Notes under the pieces: generated by a model
The model's input: only the letters and a program-made list of their open reading frames with translations
The model's database searches: none
What the model was told of the DNA's origin: nothing
Shown: piece after piece, positions 54,372 to 63,817 of the stretch
Numbering within the stretch: the stretch's first letter is position 1
Layout: each line of letters opens with the position of its first letter
Made by a program: the position numbers and the translations under genes
Sequence record: PZ495249.1
Length of the DNA stretch: 64,000 nucleotides
DNA from: a phage
Strand: one strand, 5' to 3'

Positions 54372-55459
54372 GGTATTACTTTCACGGTTTACAATTCCCC
54401 AGATACGATCATCCAGTTTGCAACTTCCTGACTCACAATTAGTCTATGACATTTTCGTTCTCCTGTTTGTTAATAAAACATATAAAGAAGGACAATGATC
54501 AGGTGACGTTTGCCAACGCCCTGCCGAAGTTCCGAAGATTGCAAGTCTTCGCTTGAACCGCATTTCATCAGGAGTAACGTATGATCAGTACGTTTTTCCG
54601 AAATGCTCACACCCCACGGTGCTGACAGTTTTAACACCAATCAATGCCTTTCTTTATATGTTCTGTCGATGGTGGAGGACGGTACGGGATTTTAACCCGT
54701 CTAAACTGGTTTGCAATCAGCCACATAGACACTCTGACAACCGTCCCATCGAAAAGCCAGTCTGTTCCTGGCTGTCACCACAGTTTTAACATTCTGTGGC
54801 TTGAACGTAGGAGCTATTCGATGCTGGCATTCTCCCGTAGCTCTGCCTTTATAGGGGTATGAACCCGTAGGGCGCACCTTATTGTTCCGTTCAAGGGATC
54901 ATGTTGAATGTTAACCTCTGCTTTTCCTTTAGGTTATTCGGAGAGGTACAACGATTGGGTTAGCGAAGCCCAAACACCTCCAGAGCAAACAACAATCTCC
55001 AAAACTGGTGTGACTGGTGGGGCATGATCCCACATCATCTCCTTCACAGGGAGGAACGTTAACCAGCTTACGCTCACAGTCACCATTGTTTGTAGTGTCT
55101 CCAAGGCTTCCTATTCCATCCTAAGATGATCCACCCCTTCAACTAACGCGCTACATCCCTACGAAGAATGAACGTCATTCTCATCGTCTGAAATCTTGTT
55201 CAGAGCATACCACTGCGGAGATTAACCCGCTTCTCATCCTACGTGGTCGGTAGTAGTTGTCAATCAAACAACTCGTAAAATATATTCTCGTAAGAACACA
55301 TATTGCGAGAGTTTGGCACCAGGAGGAGGAGTCGAACACTCCTAATCAGGTCATGACTCCTGACTATCTCAAACCAAACACTGTTGTGTCGGCTATTGCA
55401 TAACAGCGAGCGCTCACTCCTATGCAGACCTTCACCAGTGTCGAGATCCTGGTATTGTT

Positions 55460-55550
55460 TGGTACGGGTGACGAGATTCGAACTCGTAAGATCATCAAAG
55501 ACCTGGGGGATTTTAAGTCCCATGTGTACTGCCAATACCACCACACCCGC
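55460..55550 (-). tRNA. tRNA-Leu (anticodon TAA), long variable arm
   Basis: Anticodon arm GGGA-CTTAAAA-TCCC as in E. coli Leu-UAA; T arm ACGAG-TTCGAAT-CTCGT; 91 nt. Confidence 0.7.
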
Positions 55551-55558
55551 TTTATTTA

Positions 55559-55741
55559 TTATCGACGAAGAATATCAATCACTTCGCCAAGCAACGCACT
55601 GTACGCCGCATCTTCGAGAATATCCTTCTGGAGTTCACTGTCAATCCCTGTTACGCTCTCGACAGTATCTGTTACCGGAGATACAACATCACGAGCAACG
55701 CTGGTAACATCATCAAGCACTTCACCGATAAATCCGAACAT
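55559..55741 (-). CDS. hypothetical small acidic protein
   Basis: Start set at ATG 55741 after RBS aaagaggagaa. Confidence 0.4.
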   Translation of the reverse strand: MFGFIGEVLDDVTSVARDVVSPVTDTVESVTGIDSELQKDILEDAAYSALLGEVIDILRR

Positions 55742-55760
55742 AATATTCTCCTCTTTAAGT

Positions 55761-55838
55761 TGGTGGTTCCACCTGGTTTCGAACCTGGACACTCTCGGTT
55801 ATGAGCCGAGTGCTCTGACCTACTTGAGCTATGGAACC
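55761..55838 (-). tRNA. tRNA with anticodon CAT (elongator Met or Ile2)
   Basis: Perfect acceptor GGTTCCA/TGGAACC, anticodon arm CTCGG-CTCATAA-CCGAG, T loop TTCGAAA. Confidence 0.6.
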
Positions 55839-55896
55839 AATATGCCTACCTTAACACAGATAGGCTTTCATTGTCAATACCTTATCGTAAAATATT

Positions 55897-56553
55897 TTAA
55901 TCTACGACAAACGGTGTAGTTGGAACAGAGAAGTTAGCATTATATCTGGCAACTTTACTGATGCGGATCTGATCAATATCACCAAACATTGTAGCTTCAC
56001 CAAAGCCGATTCGAGCTATGGCTGTAGCCAGTCCCCAACCGCCAGAAGCAAATCCAGCGCCAGTTACAGCCGTCGAACCATTGACATACAACTTAGTTAC
56101 ACCGTCCTTGTTAACCAAGGCAATGTGTGTCCAGTTAGTAAGAGGCCAAAAGTTACCATTGAAAGTTAATCCGGCAGATTGATCTCTCAAAGTAATGGTT
56201 CCACCATTGTTTCGCAAATAACTCTGTGTATTGTTACCAGCAAAGTATAACCACCAAGATCCAGCAATACTGTTGTTTCTTGACCACCATTCAATTGTGT
56301 AGTCTTGATTAGCAGCAAAAACCAAATCTGCTCTTTCGGATGCAATCATTTCGAAATAGTTCGGTGAACTTGTGCAAGTAAACATCTTATTGTTAAACTT
56401 TGCCACACTCGAAGTCGTTACCGTTGGTACTTTCGAAAAGGCTCGCGTTGGCTTTGCCTGGTCTACACCACCTTTATCTGCCTGTAACAGTAATAGTGTA
56501 CTGTTTGGCTGAGGTGTTGGTGGCTTGCCACCTGCTAACATTGTTTCTAACAT
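55897..56553 (-). CDS. LamG/concanavalin-like domain protein, paralog of 15929..17080
   Basis: 218 aa; N-terminal MLETMLAGGKP shared with the other LamG gene; Trp/Asn/Gly-rich lectin-like sequence. Confidence 0.5.
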   Translation of the reverse strand: MLETMLAGGKPPTPQPNSTLLLLQADKGGVDQAKPTRAFSKVPTVTTSSVAKFNNKMFTCTSSPNYFEMIASERADLVFAANQDYTIEWWSRNNSIAGSWWLYFAGNNTQSYLRNNGGTITLRDQSAGLTFNGNFWPLTNWTHIALVNKDGVTKLYVNGSTAVTGAGFASGGWGLATAIARIGFGEATMFGDIDQIRISKVARYNANFSVPTTPFVVD

Positions 56554-56570
56554 GCTTTACCCTTAAGTTC

Positions 56571-56840
56571 TCAAGAGAAGATAGCAAGTTCCTCATCACC
56601 TTCTGCGCGACGTTCAAACAGGACAGTAGCCAATGCACAAGCATTACCTTCTGTACGTTCTAAACCCATTATATCCATTGTCGCCAAGAAGTCAAGAAAT
56701 TCTGCGTCTTCATTCAAAATAAAACCTTCACCAGATGGATTAGGTGTGACTGCCTTTTCAGGCTCAAATACTAAAATTGTTGATCCGTCAGTACCCACTA
56801 ACAAGTGTTTGTTCAGGGTGTCGATATCGATCATTTCCAT
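56571..56840 (-). CDS. hypothetical protein
   Basis: 89 aa ORF. Confidence 0.4.
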   Translation of the reverse strand: MEMIDIDTLNKHLLVGTDGSTILVFEPEKAVTPNPSGEGFILNEDAEFLDFLATMDIMGLERTEGNACALATVLFERRAEGDEELAIFS

Positions 56841-56842
56841 TA

Positions 56843-56938
56843 TTGCTCTCCTCTTTCTCGGTATCCTGCTATGTAACCAGCAGCGAATGACACTACTGCG
56901 ATAAAGACACCGACACCAAACAGCATTTCAGTAGTCAT
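56843..56938 (-). CDS. hypothetical single-pass membrane micro-protein (32 aa, not in ORF track)
   Basis: MTTEMLFGVGVFIAVVSFAAGYIAGYRERGEQ read on the minus strand. Confidence 0.25.
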
Positions 56939-56947
56939 GGTATCTCC

Positions 56948-57166
56948 TTAATTATAATCTGAGTCGTCCTCACCAACGGAGGTGAGAAGCAAGTCTGTTA
57001 TCATTTGATGCTGATAAACCCTTTCGGGAGTATCATCGAAAGCCAAGCCTGTACATATCGAACAGAGATCCGACTCTTGAATAGTTCCTGTCCTATCTCG
57101 ACGGGAGTGATTCTTCAAGTGCCTATTACAGGCTCGGCATCGAAAGTAAAAATTGTTTTGTGACAT
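56948..57166 (-). CDS. hypothetical zinc-ribbon protein
   Basis: 72 aa with CRACNRH...CSICTG Cys pairs. Confidence 0.4.
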   Translation of the reverse strand: MSQNNFYFRCRACNRHLKNHSRRDRTGTIQESDLCSICTGLAFDDTPERVYQHQMITDLLLTSVGEDDSDYN

Positions 57167-57244
57167 AATTCCTTCATACCCCAGAGTGGGGAGTTATCGG
57201 CATCTCCTCACTCTTATATTAACATGAAGGAATCATTTAGTCAA

Positions 57245-58942
57245 CTATTTCACCTCAATCAGATGATTCATAACCTCTTTATCCAGACGCGCACGAATAT
57301 CGTTGAAATCTTCATCTCGACCGTTCACCTGCGGAATCAGCACATCTCCGTTACGGAAGATTGGCTGCAACAGGTTATCTTCATCGTTGATCTCGTTGAA
57401 GGAGATGTTGTCAACCTGACGGATAACACCATCGTCACCACGAACAACTTTGATGAAGCCTTTCGCAGAGCGTTTACCTGGATCAGTTTTCGGCTCTTTG
57501 CTCACCATGATTTCGTAATCGTCAATGAAGCAACCAGTAGCTTTCACAGCAATACCGAAGGTATCACGAGTGTTGAACTGGTAGGTGAAGCTACCAACAC
57601 CGAATACGATGTTTGAGGAAGCAAAACCGTTACGTTTCAGACGAGACAGAATTTCAATCTCACGCTGAACAGTGATTGAATCACCGTAAATCATGCCGAT
57701 ATGAGTATCCAGCACTTTGTAACCTTTGTTGTTCACTTCACCACCGAAGATTTCCCACAGGATCTGGATAGAACCTACCGCCTCATGGCGTGGAATCTCA
57801 CGGTCTTCGTCGATCAGCCAGTAAATATTCTCTTCTTTCAGGAACGCAACTTCTGTCAGGATATGACGAGAAGTGTTAATGAAGTGTTCACGATTCTCGA
57901 ACTCTTCAATATGATAACCAGCAACAACATGTACCGGATTACCTGAGTCAGGGCGAATAACCAGGCGACCATCACGAGCCATAATCTCTTCTTTCAGTTC
58001 GCTCAGGATGCGAGTCAGTACAGTCCAGTAATCGTAGGAGTCAGCAACGTAAGAGCAGAAACCTTTAGGAACCACTTTGGTAATAAAGTGCAGCAGGAAT
58101 TCTTTCTCTGCAAGATAACGGAGGCCATCAACATCACCTGCGAGGTGAGGGAAATGCTCTTCGAGATCTTTTACGATACGACTGATGTTTGTAGTTGCCA
58201 CAGAGTGCTCAGACGCAGGGATACTACCAGCAACGAAATCATCTTCATCAATACCGTAGTATTCGTAAACCGCGTCGATTGCCAGAATGTTATCTGTACC
58301 AGTGAACGCTGCCAGGTGAGCGATACCGCTCTTATAGCCGTCTTCAATACAAGATAAACCGCGCAAACTGAAATCGTGACACTGGAAATTAACGTGATCC
58401 ACATTGTCACAAGTTGCCAGTGCATATGACATTGCCACACGCTTGTACTGGAACGCAGCAGTTGCGTTGGTGATCGCTTTCCAGCTTTCGGTTGACATTA
58501 CGGTTTCAACGTAGTTAGTCACCCAGAAGAATTTCTCAATCGTATTGTGAATGGTATAAACCGGAACACCAATCGGAGACAGAATACCTTCTGGCAGAGC
58601 ACGAATTTCCAGAGGCAGGTAGCCTAAATCGTGCAGTTCACCCCAACATTCAGCGCTTGGCGCAGATTCACCGAGTGATTTTTTAGCCATGCGATCAAAA
58701 CGCTTAACGGCTGCTTCTCGCTTCATCTTGAAGAATTTCTTCCACATGCCTACCATTGAGTCCATCACCATACGGCGGAAGCCGATGACGATAACACCGC
58801 GAGCATTTTTATCTGCGTAATGCGCAAAGTTCTTGTCATTACGTGGAGTCAGGTTAGAGAAGATCAGTTTAGTGTTTGGATTGTACATTGGCTTGTGACC
58901 AGGTTTGTACCAATCGGCAGCAGACGGTGCATAAATTTCCAT
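57245..58942 (-). CDS. nadV: nicotinamide phosphoribosyltransferase (NAMPT/NadV)
   Basis: 565 aa; NAMPT-family motifs recalled by eye (GTDNILAIDAVYEYYGI, FGVGSFTYQ); RBS aaggagaaaca. Confidence 0.8.
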   Translation of the reverse strand: MEIYAPSAADWYKPGHKPMYNPNTKLIFSNLTPRNDKNFAHYADKNARGVIVIGFRRMVMDSMVGMWKKFFKMKREAAVKRFDRMAKKSLGESAPSAECWGELHDLGYLPLEIRALPEGILSPIGVPVYTIHNTIEKFFWVTNYVETVMSTESWKAITNATAAFQYKRVAMSYALATCDNVDHVNFQCHDFSLRGLSCIEDGYKSGIAHLAAFTGTDNILAIDAVYEYYGIDEDDFVAGSIPASEHSVATTNISRIVKDLEEHFPHLAGDVDGLRYLAEKEFLLHFITKVVPKGFCSYVADSYDYWTVLTRILSELKEEIMARDGRLVIRPDSGNPVHVVAGYHIEEFENREHFINTSRHILTEVAFLKEENIYWLIDEDREIPRHEAVGSIQILWEIFGGEVNNKGYKVLDTHIGMIYGDSITVQREIEILSRLKRNGFASSNIVFGVGSFTYQFNTRDTFGIAVKATGCFIDDYEIMVSKEPKTDPGKRSAKGFIKVVRGDDGVIRQVDNISFNEINDEDNLLQPIFRNGDVLIPQVNGRDEDFNDIRARLDKEVMNHLIEVK

Positions 58943-59011
58943 TTGTTTCTCCTTTCTCTTGTTTGTTTCGATGAGGAGAAGATTAAGTTATCCTCTCCAC
59001 AAAGTCAACAC

Positions 59012-59911
59012 TTATTTGTAATTTTTACGAAGATTGCCGTTCAGAATGAAATTCTGGAGCGCTTGTTGGTTTAACACCAGTTTACCTGTCTCGTCAACAT
59101 TATTCTCCCACACATTGAAAGAATGGATGCAATCAAAGTGCTCATTTAGTTCTTTCATACCCTTAGAGAAGATACCGTGGGTAACGAACAGTTCAATCTT
59201 ACCAGCGTTACGTTCACGCAATACTTTGGCAAGCTCAATGAAAGTACGACCACCATCGCAGATATCATCCACGATCATCAAATTCTTACCGCAGAAGTCC
59301 TCGACGTTGATGTTGGTCTTGACAATATCTCCGGTCTTCGTATCACGGATTTTCTCTGCACAGTGTACAATGAGTTGCATTGGTTTAGCCAGTTTGAAGA
59401 TTTTCTTCAAGGCTCCACCGTCTGGACTAACCAGATCAAACTCTTCCATACGGAGTTTCCAGTTAATCGCGAACATTGCAATCTCTTCTTGTGGGATAAC
59501 AAACAAGTTATGGATTACAGCCGGAGTTACATCACTGTGCGGATCAGCAACAGTCACACGGTCAAAGTTAAGGTTGTTAAGTGCTTCTGCAAACGCACCG
59601 ATACCATTGGCTTCACCTGGTTCACACACTCGGTCTTGTCGAGCATATGGCACATAGAGCATAACAAGCTCTGTTGTGTGAGGGATGAATTTAAGAATGT
59701 TATCAATTGCATTCTTAGTCATCAGCAACACCATGAAGTCATTACCTGATCTTACTTCGTGATGGATAATCACACGAGAACCTGGTTCAGTTAATGCAAT
59801 CATCGTGTCTGCATCAACACGTACATGTTCTTCTCCGCCAGAGAAGGTGAATGTTTTGATTGGTACAGGATAAACTTCACTGTTGTGTGGGTGCATGATA
59901 TCAATCTTCAT
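59012..59911 (-). CDS. prs: ribose-phosphate pyrophosphokinase (PRPP synthetase)
   Basis: PRPP-binding loop NLMIVDDICDGGRTF, conserved YARQDRV; start set at ATG 59911 after RBS gaggagg. Confidence 0.8.
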   Translation of the reverse strand: MKIDIMHPHNSEVYPVPIKTFTFSGGEEHVRVDADTMIALTEPGSRVIIHHEVRSGNDFMVLLMTKNAIDNILKFIPHTTELVMLYVPYARQDRVCEPGEANGIGAFAEALNNLNFDRVTVADPHSDVTPAVIHNLFVIPQEEIAMFAINWKLRMEEFDLVSPDGGALKKIFKLAKPMQLIVHCAEKIRDTKTGDIVKTNINVEDFCGKNLMIVDDICDGGRTFIELAKVLRERNAGKIELFVTHGIFSKGMKELNEHFDCIHSFNVWENNVDETGKLVLNQQALQNFILNGNLRKNYK

Positions 59912-60113
59912 TGTCTTCCTCCTCTTCTTCAATTTCTTCAATTTCACTTAAACGATCAAGAATTGTCTGAGCCTGGTCCCAGAGAGCATCATAGGCTCTA
60001 CGCTCACGAGGAGATAGCTGTGAAGGTCTGAAATCATCTTGGTACATCTTATCAATAATATCTTGCATATCGTTCGATGTATTCTCGAACATACAATAAC
60101 TCATGTTTGACAT
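59901..60113 (-). CDS. hypothetical acidic protein
   Basis: 70 aa with poly-Glu C-terminus. Confidence 0.35.
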   Translation of the reverse strand: MSNMSYCMFENTSNDMQDIIDKMYQDDFRPSQLSPRERRAYDALWDQAQTILDRLSEIEEIEEEEEDNED

Positions 60114-60378
60114 ATCTTTCTCCTTGGTTAGTTGATGGACAGGAGTATAGATATGTAAGATCAGTAAGTCAACTACTTTCTTAGTATGAATTAATTAAGG
60201 AATAGATTGACTCAGGTATGTTAGATCTGATACATTGACAGACATGAAAGATATCTATACAGACAACTCTACTGTCTAAGAGATCTAAGTGAAACAGAAT
60301 GAGAGAATCTCCCCTCGCTTCGCTCGGCAAACTTCGTGTTTAGGGTAGCATGTTTCAAAACAAAAGTCAATACCTCAA

Positions 60379-60528
60379 AGGAGAAAAATGAAAATTAATT
60401 TAGAACAAGTAAAAGACCTCACACCTAAGTATAAGAGAGGCGGTGCATCACGCCGTAGAACGCTGCGTGAGGGCATTGACAAGCCACGGTTAGTGGTTTA
60501 TCATCCAGAGAAAGAAAACGGCTCATAA
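60379..60528 (+). CDS. hypothetical small basic protein (49 aa, not in ORF track)
   Basis: RBS caaaggagaaaaATG; first plus-strand gene after the divergent intergenic region. Confidence 0.35.
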   Translation, partial: RRKMKINLEQVKDLTPKYKRGGASRRRTLREGIDKPRLVVYHPEKENGS

Positions 60529-60546
60529 CGCGATACAGGAGGTCTG

Positions 60547-60849
60547 ATGGACTTTACGCACACAACTTTGATGGGAGAGCTTCACGGATTCTACAATGGT
60601 GAAGTTTTCTGTGCTGCTTACCACGACGATGATATGTCAGTGGAATGGGAGCAACTTGAATTTATCTCGGAGAAAGCCAGTGTGATGGTTGACTTCGACC
60701 ACATCGAGTGGTACATTGGCAACTCTGTTAAGGTGGTAGGTTTGGATCGTAACCAGATCATTGATCTTGATTGCAAATTAATCAACTTCCAATTTGGGAA
60801 TAAGATTCCCTTGGAGCGACAATTACAACTCGTTTGTGAGGAGGAGTGA
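60547..60849 (+). CDS. hypothetical protein
   Basis: 100 aa; RBS aggaggtctg. Confidence 0.45.
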   Translation: MDFTHTTLMGELHGFYNGEVFCAAYHDDDMSVEWEQLEFISEKASVMVDFDHIEWYIGNSVKVVGLDRNQIIDLDCKLINFQFGNKIPLERQLQLVCEEE

Positions 60850-61073
60850 TGAGTAAATATCAAAAAGGTATCTGGTATCCTTGGGGAGAAAGCGGGGATA
60901 AGCGTAATGGTTTCCCGCCTGTCCCGCTTGGTACAAAAGTAACTGTTCGTCATCGTGACGGTGACGTGATTCCTGATCAGTTTGTAGGGTATGGTGCTGC
61001 CGAAACATGGGTAGTAATCAATGACCGTTACTGGGACGGTGATATCATGGCTTTTATGGTTGAGGAGGAATGA
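60846..61073 (+). CDS. hypothetical protein
   Basis: 75 aa; ATGA overlap. Confidence 0.45.
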   Translation: MMSKYQKGIWYPWGESGDKRNGFPPVPLGTKVTVRHRDGDVIPDQFVGYGAAETWVVINDRYWDGDIMAFMVEEE

Positions 61074-61285
61074 TGGAGACTATCTACCGTGTAACCCTGG
61101 GTGGTATTCATGATGTTAAATCGACGTACAACTACGCAGAGGCGAAGGAACACTTCCTTATGTGGGTTCAAGAGGAGATTATGGATGAAAAGGTGGCTTA
61201 TAAAAGTGTGACGCTAACTGCCGATCATGAGCCAATCCTGGAGTATATTCGTCAACCCTACCCAGAGGAGTTTGACAATGAGTAA
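61070..61285 (+). CDS. hypothetical protein
   Basis: 71 aa; ATGA overlap. Confidence 0.45.
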   Translation: MMETIYRVTLGGIHDVKSTYNYAEAKEHFLMWVQEEIMDEKVAYKSVTLTADHEPILEYIRQPYPEEFDNE

Positions 61286-61517
61286 ACATCCGATCACAGG
61301 TGTTACCTACTCTTGCGTTGGTAAGGGTGGACTGTATTCAGTGCTAAGTTTCCCTACCCCTGCTGGTGTATCGAAGGTATTTGATCCTATTGTGATCTAC
61401 GAAGACCTTCGTACTGGTGCGCAATATTGGCGTTTTCAGGGCGATTTCTTAGATCGTATGGAGGTGGTGAGTGGCGAAAACACCGAAGAAGCAATCCGCT
61501 CGAAAACCCGCTACTAA
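61279..61517 (+). CDS. hypothetical protein
   Basis: Start set at ATG 61279 (MSKHPITG). Confidence 0.4.
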
Positions 61518-61809
61518 GCGTACAACGCCAGCTAAATCGCAAACTGCACCGAAACCTAAGTTTGACACGGAGGCATTTGTCTTTGACACACCGATTGAGA
61601 AGATTGAAGAGGCGCTCCAACGCCTTGAAGAGCAGGAGGCAGATCCTATGGCTGAACCTCTCACGCAGGATCAACTCTACTGGTGGGGATGGTGGACATT
61701 GCACATGCCTGATGCAAAAAGACGTGGCATGACTACGGTTCCGATTTGTGCGAAAGAGTCTGCGGTGTTGGGGCTTTACGAGAAACCGAAAGGGAGGAAG
61801 AAGAAATGA
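61471..61809 (+). CDS. hypothetical basic protein
   Basis: GTG start after RBS ggaggtg; Lys/Arg-rich N-terminus. Confidence 0.4.
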   Translation: MAKTPKKQSARKPATKRTTPAKSQTAPKPKFDTEAFVFDTPIEKIEEALQRLEEQEADPMAEPLTQDQLYWWGWWTLHMPDAKRRGMTTVPICAKESAVLGLYEKPKGRKKK

Positions 61810-61961
61810 AACTACGTATCACTGATATCCGAGCGTTTGACAACTATCACATAGCCTTGTCAATTCTTGGCGCACATAATGTAGGTGATGTGTTGGAGTA
61901 TAACGAACATATGCCTATCTTCGATATCTTGATCGAAAAAGGTTGGGTGCAAAAGGTATGA
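61806..61961 (+). CDS. hypothetical small protein
   Basis: Start ATG 61806 after RBS gggaggaagaagaa. Confidence 0.4.
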   Translation: MKLRITDIRAFDNYHIALSILGAHNVGDVLEYNEHMPIFDILIEKGWVQKV

Positions 61962-62302
61962 GAATCTGGCTTGATGATTTACGTGATCCAAGAGATTACG
62001 GATACCCTGATGCCATCTGGGTTAAAAACTCCATTGATTTCAAGCTGCAACTTATTGATTGTCTGCTTATGGAAGATGATGGTGATAGCCTGGTAGCGAT
62101 CCACTTTGACAACGATATTGGAGAAAAGACCGAAGGTTATCACCTCTTCTTAAAAGTGGAGGAGATCATTCATGCTGGAAAATTCAAGGGCTTGAAAGAA
62201 ATCTTTGTCCATACGTCGAATTCAGGGGCGGCTCAGAAATTTATGCTTGCAAAAGACGGGTTAGCTCGTTATGATGTGAACATAATTCGTAAATACTATT
62301 GA
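61958..62302 (+). CDS. hypothetical protein
   Basis: Start ATG 61958 overlapping upstream stop. Confidence 0.4.
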   Translation: MRIWLDDLRDPRDYGYPDAIWVKNSIDFKLQLIDCLLMEDDGDSLVAIHFDNDIGEKTEGYHLFLKVEEIIHAGKFKGLKEIFVHTSNSGAAQKFMLAKDGLARYDVNIIRKYY

Positions 62303-62314
62303 GGAGAGATAACA

Positions 62315-62481
62315 TGTGGAGCACACCATCAAGAGGCCAACTGCCTAACCAAAACGAAGTTGTTGTGGCTGTCAGTCCAGAGGGTAAGGAATTGGAGATG
62401 TACCGAATTGGCAATCTGTGGTTCCCTGTCGGTGACACATGTTATGTCTACTGGACACCTGTAATGTGGAGGAATAAGTAA
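62315..62481 (+). CDS. hypothetical small protein
   Basis: Start ATG 62315 after RBS gaggagag. Confidence 0.4.
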
Positions 62482-63044
62482 TGTTTGTGACGAGTGATCG
62501 CCACTTCTGGCATGATAAAGTGCTGGATTTTCAGGCGCATACCCGCCCATTCTCTGATTTAGAAGAGATGCATGAGGCATATATTAAAGAGTGGAACGCC
62601 TGTGCAACCAAACCTGGGGTGAAAATGTTCCACTTGGGAGATTTCAGTTTTGGTCTTCAAGACCAGACAGAAGAAATCTGCAAGCGTTTGCAGGGTGATA
62701 TCACCTTCATCGTTGGCAACCATGACCGCAGCTATACCCGTTCCGTAATGGAAAAGTATGGGCGTGTCGTCTGGTATGATGAAGTGAAATATCAGAAACA
62801 CTTCTTTGTATTGAGCCACTACCCTATGCTCACCTGGAACAAATCCCACAAGGGGAGTATCATGTTACATGGTCACGAGCATGGCAACTTGGTGCATCTC
62901 GAAGAGGAGCGTGGTAAAACTATGGATGTGGGCGTAGACGTTCACGGTCGCTTCTTACATTTCGATGAAATCATTGAGATTATGAAAGACCGTCCTATGC
63001 GCATGGATCATCGTAAATTTAGAGGGGAGGATATTATCCGATGA
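62481..63044 (+). CDS. calcineurin-like metallophosphoesterase
   Basis: GDFSFG, GNHD and GHEH metal-binding motifs in order; 187 aa. Confidence 0.65.
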   Translation: MFVTSDRHFWHDKVLDFQAHTRPFSDLEEMHEAYIKEWNACATKPGVKMFHLGDFSFGLQDQTEEICKRLQGDITFIVGNHDRSYTRSVMEKYGRVVWYDEVKYQKHFFVLSHYPMLTWNKSHKGSIMLHGHEHGNLVHLEEERGKTMDVGVDVHGRFLHFDEIIEIMKDRPMRMDHRKFRGEDIIR

Positions 63045-63201
63045 GTACAATTTATATACTGTTTGCTCTGTTCACCTACGGTGAGAGTAACAGTTCTTTT
63101 GATAAGGAATTCAACTCACAAGGTGCTTGTATCATGGCTATGAATGAAGGTGTCAGTAAGCGGATATTTACCCGCGCAATGTGCGTACCGAAGGGCTGAT
63201 T

Positions 63202-63444
63202 ATGCGTATACCTGATGATTTTTATACCCACGAAGATACGTGGAGAAAGGCTCTTGAGCGTCTGATCGAACTGGAGCCAGTAACGGGTGAACCTGATGAA
63301 GATAACAGAGGGTTCTGGCAACATGAATTGAATGCGTTCAACCGCGCCTATGCAGAACTTCATGAAGGTTGTCCTCATGATGGCGCTACCTACTATGATA
63401 TGAGTGGGCGTGAACGCTGCGGAATGTGTGGAGGTGACATGTGA
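63202..63444 (+). CDS. hypothetical protein
   Basis: Start ATG 63202 after RBS aaggg; C-terminal CPHDG...CGMCGG. Confidence 0.4.
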   Translation: MRIPDDFYTHEDTWRKALERLIELEPVTGEPDEDNRGFWQHELNAFNRAYAELHEGCPHDGATYYDMSGRERCGMCGGDM

Positions 63445-63632
63445 GTACACTGAAACGTGGAGACACTGTTATGTTGAAATTCCCATTAGGTGGTACTTGG
63501 AGAAAACTTCTTCTGGTAGAACAAACACCGTACTTGGATAATAAAGTCGATGTAATCTACTTTGATACGCAAGAACGTATTTGTCGTGATCGCCTCCACA
63601 TTGATCTTGTAGAGAAAGTAGGAGAAGATTAA
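63441..63632 (+). CDS. hypothetical small protein
   Basis: 63 aa; ATGA overlap. Confidence 0.4.
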   Translation: MSTLKRGDTVMLKFPLGGTWRKLLLVEQTPYLDNKVDVIYFDTQERICRDRLHIDLVEKVGED

Positions 63633-63817
63633 TGAAAAGTTTTGTAGTTCCTTGGTTAGATTGTCCTTGCACATCTCATAATATTGAGGTAAGCTCGGAG
63701 AAAGGTGATGAACTCTATCTTTACTTTGGCGATGAAGTGAAGTGTCTCGATTGTGGTCGAGAGGGTGTCATTGAAACAGATGATTGCTGCGCATACGCAG
63801 TGTGGGAGGATGATTGA
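63632..63817 (+). CDS. hypothetical zinc-ribbon protein
   Basis: 61 aa; CPC...CLDCGREG...DCCAY. Confidence 0.4.
   Translation: MKSFVVPWLDCPCTSHNIEVSSEKGDELYLYFGDEVKCLDCGREGVIETDDCCAYAVWEDD

Noticed and set aside
54440-55310. Group I intron or tmRNA in the ORF-poor region
   Set aside because: No host tRNA or CDS could be identified that it would interrupt, and no P7/P3-like conserved elements could be recognised by eye; reported only as an unexplained non-coding region.
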